This document shows, one piece after another, positions 46,201-54,791 of a DNA stretch of 64,000 nt. The notes beneath the pieces were generated by a model that worked only from the letters and a program-made list of their open reading frames with translations, had not been told where the DNA came from and did not search any database. The DNA comes from Escherichia coli (GTDB taxonomy: Bacteria; Pseudomonadota; Gammaproteobacteria; Enterobacterales; Enterobacteriaceae), in assembly GCF_003334785.1 (NCBI RefSeq), contig NZ_QOWV01000005.1; one strand, 5' to 3'. Position 1 is the stretch's first letter. The number at the start of each line of letters is the position of its first letter. The translations under genes and the position numbers were made by a program.

Positions 46201-46364
46201 ACGGGAGTGGCACAGGTTTCACCGAAGACGCTAACAGTTTTACCTTTTACAGGTGAGTAAAACTGTTGCTCGGGAATACCAAAGATTGAGCGTTGTTGTT
46301 GGTATTCATCAAATATGCGCGTCAAAAGTTCCTCAAACGGAATGGGACGCATAATATCCCCCAT
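43266..46364 (-). CDS. ygfK: large Fe-S/flavin oxidoreductase (GltD-like NAD(P)H domain + ferredoxin-like Cys clusters), 1032 aa
   Basis: Track ORF 43266..46364, MGDIMRPIPFEELLTRIFDEYQQQRSIFGIPEQQFYSP...; GAGPAG Rossmann motif and C-terminal CxxCxxC clusters. Confidence 0.92.
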   Translation of the reverse strand: MGDIMRPIPFEELLTRIFDEYQQQRSIFGIPEQQFYSPVKGKTVSVFGETCATPVGPAAGPHTQLAQNIVTSWLTGGRFIELKTVQILDRLELEKPCIDAEDECFNTEWSTEFTLLKAWDEYLKAWFALHLLEAMFQPSDSGKSFIFNMSVGYNLEGIKQPPMQQFIDNMMDASDHPKFAQYRDTLNKLLQDDAFLARHGLQEKRESLQALPARIPTSMVHGVTLSTMHGCPPHEIEAICRYMLEEKGLNTFVKLNPTLLGYARVREILDVCGFGYIGLKEESFDHDLKLTQALEMLERLMALAKEKSLGFGVKLTNTLGTINNKGALPGEEMYMSGRALFPLSINVAAVLSRAFDGKLPISYSGGASQLTIRDIFDTGIRPITMATDLLKPGGYLRLSACMRELEGSDAWGLDHVDVERLNRLAADALTMEYTQKHWKPEERIEVAEDLPLTDCYVAPCVTACAIKQDIPEYIRLLGEHRYADALELIYQRNALPAITGHICDHQCQYNCTRLDYDSALNIRELKKVALEKGWDEYKQRWHKPAGSGSRHPVAVIGAGPAGLAAGYFLARAGHPVTLFEREANAGGVVKNIIPQFRIPAELIQHDIDFVAAHGVKFEYGCSPDLTIEQLKNQGFHYVLIATGTDKNSGVKLAGDNQNVWKSLPFLREYNKGTALKLGKHVVVVGAGNTAMDCARAALRVPGVEKATIVYRRSLQEMPAWREEYEEALHDGVEFRFLNNPERFDADGTLTLRVMSLGEPDEKGRRRPVETNETVTLLVDSLITAIGEQQDTEALNAMGVPLDKNGWPDVDHNGETRLTDVFMIGDVQRGPSSIVAAVGTARRATDAILSRENIRSHQNDKYWNNVNPAEIYQRKGDISITLVNSDDRDAFVAQEAARCLECNYVCSKCVDVCPNRANVSIAVPGFQNRFQTLHLDAYCNECGNCAQFCPWNGKPYKDKITVFSLAQDFDNSSNPGFLVEDCRVRVRLNNQSWVLNIDSKGQFNNVPPELNDMCRIISHVHQHHHYLLGRVEV

Positions 46365-46446
46365 AACCCTCTCCTTAGCTTATACAGATATCATTGAGTG
46401 ACCGGTGTTGAGAAATCCGGTGGTTTAGGGGGATAGAGCAACAATC

Positions 46447-46462
46447 GCACCACTCTTGCCAG
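46447..46462 (-). promoter_or_regulatory. candidate sigma-54 -24/-12 element (CTGGCAA-N5-GTGC) ~72 nt upstream of ygfK start
   Basis: Minus-strand reading CTGGCAAGAGTGGTGC has GG and GC at the canonical 10-nt spacing; inference only. Confidence 0.3.
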
Positions 46463-46515
46463 GTTTGGCGGGAAATATAAAAAAATGTGAGGCGGCTCGA
46501 AACTTAAGGGCTTTT

Positions 46516-46531
46516 TGTGAATGAACTCACA
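46516..46531. promoter_or_regulatory. perfect CRP-type palindrome TGTGA-atgaac-TCACA upstream of the ygfK candidate promoter
   Basis: tgtgaatgaactcaca read directly; matches the TGTGA-N6-TCACA core of the cAMP-CRP consensus. Confidence 0.45.
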
Positions 46532-46685
46532 GGTGCTAAATGAGAATTAAAATCACTCCTGAAAATTATTATTGCCAGCCCATTTATCAATTTTTCTCTT
46601 TTCTCAAAATCAGTGATTCCTTATCATTATGATAATGAGTGCCGGAAGGATTAAATATTTGAACGCAATCGTTTAACTACGTTTT

Positions 46686-47264
46686 CTAAATTTCAGTATA
46701 CCTTTCCTTCGCTGTAATAAAGTCGTCCGGAGTATCAATATCTAAAATTATTTCTGCATTTTCTATTTCGACGGAATAATGATCTCCCATAAGGAGTGCC
46801 TGACGCATATTGGTGACATTGGGTCGTTGGATTGCCTGCATCAGGCATGGTTTTGACACTAAAATCGGATGGCCGGGGATGCCATTATGGAGTGGCAGTA
46901 TTGCGCCATCATTTCGTAACGACCAGATTTTTCTAAAAATATCGATGGTGAGGGTTGGCATGTCACCGTGGGTGAGAAAACAATGTTCTGTTTGCACTGC
47001 GGGTACTGCGGCCTTGACGGATGTTAGTAAACCCTGCGCATAATCTGGGTTGTGAATAATAGTGATATTGCTCTGGTTCGCATAACGTTCGTGCAGTTCA
47101 TTACCACGATAGCCGGTGACTAAAATAATTCGGCTACAAAACTGCAACGCATTTTTGATACTTGTATCAAGAATTGTTCCCTGTTCCCAGGGTAACATCA
47201 TTTTCCATTGCCCCATTCTTGATGATAATCCGGCAGCGGTAATTATACAGTCGATGGCTGACAT
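46686..47264 (-). CDS. mocA: molybdenum cofactor cytidylyltransferase (MobA-like NTP transferase), 192 aa
   Basis: Track ORF 46686..47264, MSAIDCIITAAGLSSRMGQWKMMLPWEQGTIL...; MobA-like fold signature. Confidence 0.9.
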   Translation of the reverse strand: MSAIDCIITAAGLSSRMGQWKMMLPWEQGTILDTSIKNALQFCSRIILVTGYRGNELHERYANQSNITIIHNPDYAQGLLTSVKAAVPAVQTEHCFLTHGDMPTLTIDIFRKIWSLRNDGAILPLHNGIPGHPILVSKPCLMQAIQRPNVTNMRQALLMGDHYSVEIENAEIILDIDTPDDFITAKERYTEI

Positions 47265-47366
47265 AGTGGTTCCATTATTTATAGGGGCTAATAACGCCTG
47301 ATAATTGCGTTACTTCCTGATGGATTAAGTTGGGGATAATTTATCCCAGAGAGGTCATAAAGACTC

Positions 47367-48137
47367 GTGAAAAGTATAGTTGACCCATCGGCATTAGTCA
47401 TTGATTTAGGTGCGCAGAAACGTCCCACTGTGATTTCTGTTGTTGGTGCTGGGGGGAAAACCAGCTTGCTTTTTTGGCTGGCAGAACTGCTCCAGGCTAG
47501 CGGCAGGCGTGTGTTAATCACGACGACGACACATATGTTTATGCCAACGTCTCACTGGCCCGTGGTTTTCTGTCGTGATCCCGCCATGCTTCCTCATGCG
47601 TCTCTTACATCCCCCATTTCATTTTGTTTTCACAGCTGGAAAGCGAACCAGGGAAAAGTGCAGGGATTTACGCCAGAAGCGATTGATGCACTGGTGCAAC
47701 GACCAGAGTGTGACGTAATTCTCATTGAAGCAGATGGCTCGCGTGGAATGCCGTTAAAAGCGCCTGATGAGCACGAACCTTGCATACCCAAAAGCAGTTG
47801 CTGCGTGATTGCTGTGATGGGAGGACATACTTTGGGCGCGAAAGTGAGCACAGAAAATGTCCATCGCTGGTCGCAGTTTGCTGATATTACCGGGTTAACA
47901 CCTGATGCAACCTTGCAACTGAGCGATCTCGTTGCGCTGGTTCGCCACCCTCAGGGGGCGTTTAAAAACGTACCGCAAGGTTGTCGGCGAGTCTGGTTCA
48001 TTAACCGTTTTTCTCAATGTGAGAATGCGATTGCACAAAGCGAGCTCCTTCAACCGCTGCAACAACACGACGTAGAGGCAATCTGGCTGGGCGATATACA
48101 AGAACATCCTGCAATCGCGCGCAGATTTGTGAATTAG
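47367..48137 (+). CDS. yqeC: selenium-dependent hydroxylase accessory protein YqeC, 256 aa
   Basis: Track ORF 47367..48137; P-loop-like GAGGKTS motif. Confidence 0.88.
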   Translation: MKSIVDPSALVIDLGAQKRPTVISVVGAGGKTSLLFWLAELLQASGRRVLITTTTHMFMPTSHWPVVFCRDPAMLPHASLTSPISFCFHSWKANQGKVQGFTPEAIDALVQRPECDVILIEADGSRGMPLKAPDEHEPCIPKSSCCVIAVMGGHTLGAKVSTENVHRWSQFADITGLTPDATLQLSDLVALVRHPQGAFKNVPQGCRRVWFINRFSQCENAIAQSELLQPLQQHDVEAIWLGDIQEHPAIARRFVN

Positions 48138-48184
48138 CGGCCCGGGTATTCCGGGTTACTGAAAGGATATCCATTGAGGTTGGT

Positions 48185-49810
48185 ATGAATATTTTCACAG
48201 AGGCTGCAAAACTCGAAGAGCAAAATTGTCCGTTTGCTATGGCGCAAATTGTTGATAGCCGAGGCTCGACTCCCCGCCATTCTGCACAAATGTTAGTGCG
48301 CGCCGATGGTTCTATCGTCGGTACAATTGGTGGCGGAATGGTTGAGCGGAAGGTGATTGAAGAGTCGCTTCAGGCATTGCAGGAACGTAAGCCGCGATTA
48401 TTCCATGGACGTATGGCTCGTAACGGTGCGGATGCTGTCGGGTCAGATTGTGGAGGTGCAATGTCAGTATTTATCAGCGTCCATGGTATGCGTCCACGTC
48501 TGGTGTTGATTGGCGCGGGGCATGTCAACCGGGCGATAGCCCAGAGTGCGGCGCTATTAGGATTTGATATTGCCGTTGCTGATATTTATCGCGAAAGCCT
48601 CAATCCTGAACTATTCCCACCATCAACCACGCTTCTCCATGCTGAGTCGTTTGGTGCGGCAGTGGAAGCACTGGATATTCGCCCTGATAATTTTGTCCTG
48701 ATTGCCACGAATAATCAGGATCGTGAAGCCCTCGACAAACTCATTGAACAGCCCATTGCATGGTTGGGGTTGCTGGCAAGTCGTCGCAAGGTTCAGCTTT
48801 TCCTGCGTCAATTGCGTGAGAAAGGCGTGGCTGAAGAACATATTGCCCGTTTACATGCGCCCGTTGGTTACAACATAGGTGCGGAAACGCCGCAGGAGAT
48901 CGCCATCAGCGTGCTGGCAGAAATATTACAGGTGAAAAATAACGCGCCGGGTGGGCTGATGATGAAACCTTCTCATCCTTCCGGACACCAGCTGGTGGTG
49001 ATTCGCGGTGCGGGAGATATCGCCAGTGGTGTGGCGCTACGTCTGTATCATGCGGGTTTTAAAGTGATCATGCTGGAAGTGGAAAAACCGACAGTGATTC
49101 GTTGTACCGTGGCGTTTGCCCAGGCCGTGTTCGATGGCGAAATGACGGTCGAAGGCGTCACTGCTCGCCTGGCAACCAGCTCTGCGGAAGCGATGAAACT
49201 TACCGAACGCGGATTCATTCCTGTGATGGTAGATCCCGCCTGTTCATTGCTTGATGAACTGAAACCGCTTTGCGTGGTGGACGCTATTCTGGCGAAACAG
49301 AATTTGGGAACGCGGGCAGATATGGCACCAGTAACAATCGCGCTTGGGCCGGGCTTTACTGCTGGGAAGGATTGTCATGCGGTAATTGAAACAAATCGCG
49401 GGCACTGGCTCGGTCAGGTGATTTACTCTGGTTGTGCGCAGGAGAATACCGGTGTTCCTGGCAATATTATGGGGCATACCACCCGACGGGTGATCCGTGC
49501 TCCTGCTGCAGGCATTATGCGATCCAACGTGAAATTAGGCGATCTGGTGAAAGAGGGCGATGTGATTGCCTGGATTGGTGAGCATGAAATTAAAGCACCG
49601 TTGACGGGGATGGTGCGTGGCTTGTTGAACGACGGCCTGGCAGTGGTTGGTGGTTTTAAAATTGGTGATATCGATCCTCGTGGTGAAACCGCTGATTTCA
49701 CCAGCGTTTCTGATAAAGCCCGGGCGATTGGCGGCGGCGTACTTGAGGCGTTAATGATGTTGATGCATCAGGGCGTGAAAGCGACAAAAGAAGTGCTGGA
49801 AGTGGCTTAA
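48185..49810 (+). CDS. yqeB: XdhC/CoxI-family maturation factor YqeB, 541 aa
   Basis: Track ORF 48185..49810, MNIFTEAAKLEEQNCPFAMAQIVDSRGSTPRH... Confidence 0.9.
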   Translation: MNIFTEAAKLEEQNCPFAMAQIVDSRGSTPRHSAQMLVRADGSIVGTIGGGMVERKVIEESLQALQERKPRLFHGRMARNGADAVGSDCGGAMSVFISVHGMRPRLVLIGAGHVNRAIAQSAALLGFDIAVADIYRESLNPELFPPSTTLLHAESFGAAVEALDIRPDNFVLIATNNQDREALDKLIEQPIAWLGLLASRRKVQLFLRQLREKGVAEEHIARLHAPVGYNIGAETPQEIAISVLAEILQVKNNAPGGLMMKPSHPSGHQLVVIRGAGDIASGVALRLYHAGFKVIMLEVEKPTVIRCTVAFAQAVFDGEMTVEGVTARLATSSAEAMKLTERGFIPVMVDPACSLLDELKPLCVVDAILAKQNLGTRADMAPVTIALGPGFTAGKDCHAVIETNRGHWLGQVIYSGCAQENTGVPGNIMGHTTRRVIRAPAAGIMRSNVKLGDLVKEGDVIAWIGEHEIKAPLTGMVRGLLNDGLAVVGGFKIGDIDPRGETADFTSVSDKARAIGGGVLEALMMLMHQGVKATKEVLEVA

Positions 49811-49818
49811 ATGAAAAT

Positions 49819-49844
49819 GGCCGGATGGTATTACCCACCCGGCC
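49819..49844. terminator. hairpin GGCCGGATGG-N-CCACCCGGCC between convergent yqeB and yqeA
   Basis: 9/10 bp stem with T/A runs on both flanks; probable bidirectional terminator. Confidence 0.55.
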
Positions 49845-49850
49845 TTTAAA

Positions 49851-50783
49851 TTACTGACAAATCACCGTTCCTGTTTTGCCTTCAATCCCTTCTTTCGCTT
49901 TGCTCAATACGGTAATCAGTGCTTCACGACCTGCGCGAGAGCGAGCAAACGAGGCGGCAGCTTCCACTTTAGGCAGCATAGAACCTTTCGCAAAATGACC
50001 TTCTTCGATAAAGCGTTCAGCATCACTTAATGACAGGCGATCGAGCCACTGTTCATTCTCTTTACCGAAGTTAATGGCCACTTTTTCTACCGCAGTCAGA
50101 ATGATCAGCATATCGGCATCAATCATTTCTGCTAAACGGGCGCTGGCCCAGTCTTTATCGATAACCGCGCTGGCACCACGCAGATGGTTACCTTCACGAA
50201 TAACAGGGATACCACCACCGCCAACGGTGATCACCACCTGACCTGCATCTACCAGAGCTTTAACCGTTTCTTTTTCAATGATATCAACCGGTTTTGGCGA
50301 GGCAACAACACGGCGATAGCCGCGACCAGCATCTTCTTTCAGAGTGTAACCCTGTTTTGTCAGTTGCTCTGCTTCTTGCTCGGTAAAGAACGAACCGATC
50401 GGCTTGGTCGGGTTGAGGAATGCCGGATCGTTAGCGTCGACTTCGACCTGAGTAACCAGCGTTGCTACAGGTTTATTAATGCCCCGAGAAAGCAGTTCTT
50501 CTCTTAAAGCGTTTTGTAGATCGTAACCAATATAACCCTGGCTTAATGCAACACAGACAGACATCGGCAGCATTGGCGAGTGCGCTTCAGTTTTTGCGGC
50601 AGCTTCAAAGGCCTGGTTAATCATGCCCACCTGCGGCCCGTTACCATGAGTGACGATAACTTCATGTCCCTGGGCAATTAAATCAACAATTACCTGAGAA
50701 GTAATTTTTACCGCTTTCATTTGCCCGGCCAGGTCATCGCCCAGCGCATTCCCGCCCAGGGCGAGAACAATTTTCTTACTCAT
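49851..50783 (-). CDS. yqeA: carbamate kinase-like protein, 310 aa
   Basis: Track ORF 49851..50783, MSKKIVLALGGNALGDDLAGQMKAV...; amino-acid kinase family N-terminus as in ArcC. Confidence 0.92.
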   Translation of the reverse strand: MSKKIVLALGGNALGDDLAGQMKAVKITSQVIVDLIAQGHEVIVTHGNGPQVGMINQAFEAAAKTEAHSPMLPMSVCVALSQGYIGYDLQNALREELLSRGINKPVATLVTQVEVDANDPAFLNPTKPIGSFFTEQEAEQLTKQGYTLKEDAGRGYRRVVASPKPVDIIEKETVKALVDAGQVVITVGGGGIPVIREGNHLRGASAVIDKDWASARLAEMIDADMLIILTAVEKVAINFGKENEQWLDRLSLSDAERFIEEGHFAKGSMLPKVEAAASFARSRAGREALITVLSKAKEGIEGKTGTVICQ

Positions 50784-50830
50784 TTTTCCTCACTCATCAT
50801 TCTTGATTGTGTATAGATCCCTGGCAGTGG

Positions 50831-52216
50831 TTAGAGCACGGGAGGGACAAACGGTTTGCGTCGCAGGAAACGACCTCGCCCGGCTTTGCCTGTAAAGGTG
50901 CCGTCACAGAAAATCGTTTCACCACGGGATAAGGTTCTGACAATCGCGCCCTGACAGGTAAAACCCTCCCATGGCGAGTAGTCGGCGTTGTCGTGGAGAT
51001 GGCGATGCTGAATTTGTTGGCTCTGACGTGGGTCGATAATCACCACGTCGCCGTCGGAACCGGGCGCTAATAATCCTTTTTGCGGCCACAGGCCAAACAA
51101 CCTGGCGGGCATTGCGCTGGTTAATTCAACAAAGCGTTCCGGTGTTATACGTCCCGTCATCACGCCACTGGAAAACAGTAACTGCATGCGGTTTTCCACA
51201 CCGGGTAAGCCATTTGGGCAGCGACTGAAATCGCCTTTAGAAATTTGCAGGCGTTGAGCCATCGAGAAGGTGCAGTGATCGGTTGCCACCACGTCAATCG
51301 CACCATCGCTGATGCCACACCACAGTTTGTCCTGCTCGCGTACGTTACGCAGCGGTGGGCTAAGAATGAACTTCATGCCATCTTCTGTATCGTAACTGCG
51401 TTCGTCCAACAGGAGATATTGTGGGCAGGTTTCAACCCAGACTGGCTGGTGATTCGCACGGGCAAGACGCAGATAATCCAGACCTAAGCCGTTAGACAGG
51501 TGCACGATATAGAGCGGGGCGTTACCGGCAATTTGTGCCAGGTTAATCATGCGGGCGATGGCTTCCGCTTCGCATTCCAGAGGGCGACTCAAGGCATGAT
51601 AGCGCGGCGCGGTTAACCCTGCGGCGATAAATTCCGCCCGCTTGCTGGCGATAGCCGCATCATTTTCCGGGTGCACGGTGGTCAGCGCGCCGGATTCATG
51701 CAAGCGGCGTAATGCCTGCAAAACCTCGTCATCGTTGAGTTTGTATTGATAGGTTAAATAGAGTTTAAAACTGCTCAGTCCTTCCTCGACCATCATCGGG
51801 ATTTCGTCGAGGATTGCGTGATTAATGTGCTGGATCACACCGTGAAAGCTGTAATCGATGACCGCTTTATGGGCGGCATAACCACGATAAACCTCCAGTT
51901 GATGGCGTAACCGACAGCCGTTTGGGCCAAATCCCATATGGTCAATAATGGTTGTTGTACCGCCACACGCAGCTGCGCGGGTACCGGTAAAAAAATCATC
52001 ACAACTGCGCGCGATGCCGACATCAATATTGAAATGCGTATGGACATCCACGCCGCCAGGGAAAACGTAACAGCCAGTGGCATCAATTTCTTCATACGGG
52101 AGCTGCGGCGAAATATTGTTGCCCAACTGGCGAACAATCCCGCTTTCAATCAGCAAATCCTGTTTGGCTTGTCCATCTGCGTTAACGACAGTGCCGTTTT
52201 TGATCAATACGCGCAT
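50831..52216 (-). CDS. hyuA: cyclic amidohydrolase (D-hydantoinase/dihydropyrimidinase family), 461 aa
   Basis: Track ORF 50831..52228; start at Met 5 (MRVLIKNGTVVNADGQAKQDLLIESG...); HxH motif (GGVDVHTHF). Confidence 0.92.
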   Translation of the reverse strand: MRVLIKNGTVVNADGQAKQDLLIESGIVRQLGNNISPQLPYEEIDATGCYVFPGGVDVHTHFNIDVGIARSCDDFFTGTRAAACGGTTTIIDHMGFGPNGCRLRHQLEVYRGYAAHKAVIDYSFHGVIQHINHAILDEIPMMVEEGLSSFKLYLTYQYKLNDDEVLQALRRLHESGALTTVHPENDAAIASKRAEFIAAGLTAPRYHALSRPLECEAEAIARMINLAQIAGNAPLYIVHLSNGLGLDYLRLARANHQPVWVETCPQYLLLDERSYDTEDGMKFILSPPLRNVREQDKLWCGISDGAIDVVATDHCTFSMAQRLQISKGDFSRCPNGLPGVENRMQLLFSSGVMTGRITPERFVELTSAMPARLFGLWPQKGLLAPGSDGDVVIIDPRQSQQIQHRHLHDNADYSPWEGFTCQGAIVRTLSRGETIFCDGTFTGKAGRGRFLRRKPFVPPVL

Positions 52217-52268
52217 AGCAAACTCCAAAAACCCTCCGGCGAACCGGAGGGGAATAAGTGAAGAGTAA

Positions 52269-53480
52269 TTACTCTGTTGCCAGCCAGCTTAACGGGATTG
52301 CAGCGTACATCGCGGCACAGGTCACCAGGTGAGATTTCCAGGTTTTTTCGTTAGGTGCATGCGCTTCAGGTTCTTTACCCGGGCCAAAGCCGATCACCGG
52401 AATGCCGTGACGGCCCATGATAGATACGCCGTTAGTTGAGAAGGTCCACTTATCAACAACCGGCGCTTTGCCAAACAGCCCTTCGTAGGCATTCACCAGT
52501 GCTTTAACGGTGAAGTGATCTTCTTCCACTTTCCAGGTCGGGAAGTAGCATTCGGTTGGGTAAACCAGGCCAGTCCAGGACGGACGGTCGTAGTTGTACA
52601 TAGAAACAACCGCGTTAGCTTTCTGTACTGCAGGCAGGGCGCGGATTTCGTCCAGCGCGCCTTCCCAGGTTTCGCCCCAGGTCAGACGACGGTCGATTGA
52701 AACTGCGCAGCTGTCTGCTACAGCGCAACGGCTTGGGGATGTGAAGAAGATTTCAGAAACGGTGAGGGTGCCTTTGCCGAGGAATTCGTCATAACCCAGA
52801 CGTTGGGAGAGTTCTTGTAATTCGCCAAGAATCGGACCCATTTTGAAAATGGCGTTATCACCGCGTTCTGGTGCAGAACCGTGGCAGCTAACACCCTGAA
52901 CATCAATACGAATTTCCATACGACCGCGCTGACCACGGTATACCTGGCAGTCGGTTGGTTCGGTACTGACCACAAATTCCGGGCGAATGCCGGATTGTTC
53001 AATAATGTACTGCCAGCACAGACCGTCGCAGTCTTCTTCCTGCACCGTACCGGTAACCAGCAGGGTATATTCATCTTCCAGACCGAGGTCTTTAATGATT
53101 TTACCGGCATAAACCATAGAGGCCATGCCACCTTCCTGGTCGGAAGTACCGCGACCACCAATCAGTTCATCAGTTTCCATGCCTTCGTACGGATCGAAGT
53201 CCCAGTTTTTGATGTTGCCAATGCCGACGGTATCGATATGAGCGTCCATTGCCACCAGACGCGGGCCGTGGCCGATATAACCGAGAACGTTGCCCATCGG
53301 GTCGATTTCAACTTTATCGAAGCCGACTTTTTCCATCTCTTCTTTAATACGATGTACTACGCGTTTCTCGTCGCAGCTTTCACTGGGAATAGCAACCATG
53401 TCGCGCAGGAAGCGAGTCATATCCGCCTGGTAATCTTTTGCTTTTTCAAGAATCAGTTTGAATGGAATATTCTTAGCCAT
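52269..53480 (-). CDS. ygeY: M20/ArgE/DapE-family peptidase/deacylase, 403 aa
   Basis: Track ORF 52269..53480, [35 protein letters not shown]... Confidence 0.9.
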
Positions 53481-53537
53481 TATTTTTCTCCAGATTTTTT
53501 ACTCCCCGTTTTGCAGGGAGCAGTTCCAATAGGGTGA

Positions 53538-54734
53538 TTAAGGTGCTACAGCGTGTTTGCCTTCCCAGACAACTTCGCGGTAGTGCTTCACGTCGGTGTC
53601 GCCTTCAGTGCTGATAACCAGCACCACGGCATCTTTGTTCAGCGCCAGTTTTTCCATCAGGCTTTGACGTTGCGGGTGATAATGAACCGCTGCGAGAACG
53701 CCCAAACCGACAGCGCCGGATTCACCGGAGATGATGCGCGGGTCGTTGCCGTACGGATTACCCAGCACGCGCATACCTAATGCGGCAACGCTGTCCTGGC
53801 AGGAGATGAATTGGGTGGCGCAGTTACGTAGGATTTCCCAGCCCAGCGGGTTAGGTTCGCCACAGGCCAGGCCTGCCATGATGGTGGCCATATCACCGCC
53901 AACGTTGACGATGTCGCCTTTGACGCCGGAGCGATAAATACAGTCAGCTTTGTCAGGTTCAACAATAATGCTGTGCAGATTTTGCGGGCTATAGACGTCG
54001 ACCAGATAACCCAGCACACCACCGGCCATTGCTCCGACACCGGCTTGCAGCAGAACGTGCGTCGGGGTTACGCCCATTTCACGCATTTGCTCGACGGCTT
54101 CATCTGCCAGGGTTGCGTAGCCTTGCATGATCCAGGTTGGGATTTTGGTGTAACCTTCCCATGCCGTGTCCTGTACCACTTCCCAGCCGTGCTGCTGCGC
54201 GTGTTGCATGGTCAGGCGAACGGTATCGTCATAGTTCATATCCGTGACGATGCACTCGGCACCGAGGTTCAGAATGGCGTCAACGCGTTCCTGAGCAGAA
54301 CCTTTCGGCATGTAAATCACCGCATTCTGTCCGAGTTGCTGTGCTGCCCACGCCACACCGCGCCCGTGGTTGCCGTCGGTGGTGGTCGCGAAAGTCATTT
54401 TTTCGCCGATGGCATTTTTCAGGTGCTCAAATGACAGCGTTTCGATATCAAGATGATATTTTTCACACAATAATTGAGCGATGGCGTACGCACCGCCAAG
54501 CATTTTGAAGGCGTTCAGACCGAATCGTTTTGATTCGTCTTTGACGAGAATTTTCTTCACACCAAAAAGGTTTGCGAGATCGTCCAGCGCACAAAGCGGT
54601 GTTGGGCGATAACCAGCTATTTTCTGGTGGAACTGGCGCGCCAGTTTGGCCTGGCTTTGCGAAAAGAGCGGTGATGTTTCGCCGTTGAAAAATTTGTTAT
54701 CGGCGATATCAATCTTCAATGAGAAAACGGACAT
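53538..54734 (-). CDS. ygeX: PLP-dependent diaminopropionate ammonia-lyase, 398 aa
   Basis: Track ORF 53538..54734; PLP fold-type II lysine motif region (KDESKRFGLNAFKMLG). Confidence 0.92.
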   Translation of the reverse strand: MSVFSLKIDIADNKFFNGETSPLFSQSQAKLARQFHQKIAGYRPTPLCALDDLANLFGVKKILVKDESKRFGLNAFKMLGGAYAIAQLLCEKYHLDIETLSFEHLKNAIGEKMTFATTTDGNHGRGVAWAAQQLGQNAVIYMPKGSAQERVDAILNLGAECIVTDMNYDDTVRLTMQHAQQHGWEVVQDTAWEGYTKIPTWIMQGYATLADEAVEQMREMGVTPTHVLLQAGVGAMAGGVLGYLVDVYSPQNLHSIIVEPDKADCIYRSGVKGDIVNVGGDMATIMAGLACGEPNPLGWEILRNCATQFISCQDSVAALGMRVLGNPYGNDPRIISGESGAVGLGVLAAVHYHPQRQSLMEKLALNKDAVVLVISTEGDTDVKHYREVVWEGKHAVAP

Positions 54735-54791
54735 ATCCTATCCTTTTGGCCTCTGGAAATAGAGGGCCGACCAGCTGATCGGCCCGAGGGG

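Noticed and set aside
38238-46364. Possible selenocysteine (in-frame TGA plus SECIS) in xdhD or ygfK, given the selenium-associated accessory genes
   Set aside because: Both ORFs are continuous in the six-frame track with no internal TGA, so selenium, if present, is not encoded as selenocysteine.
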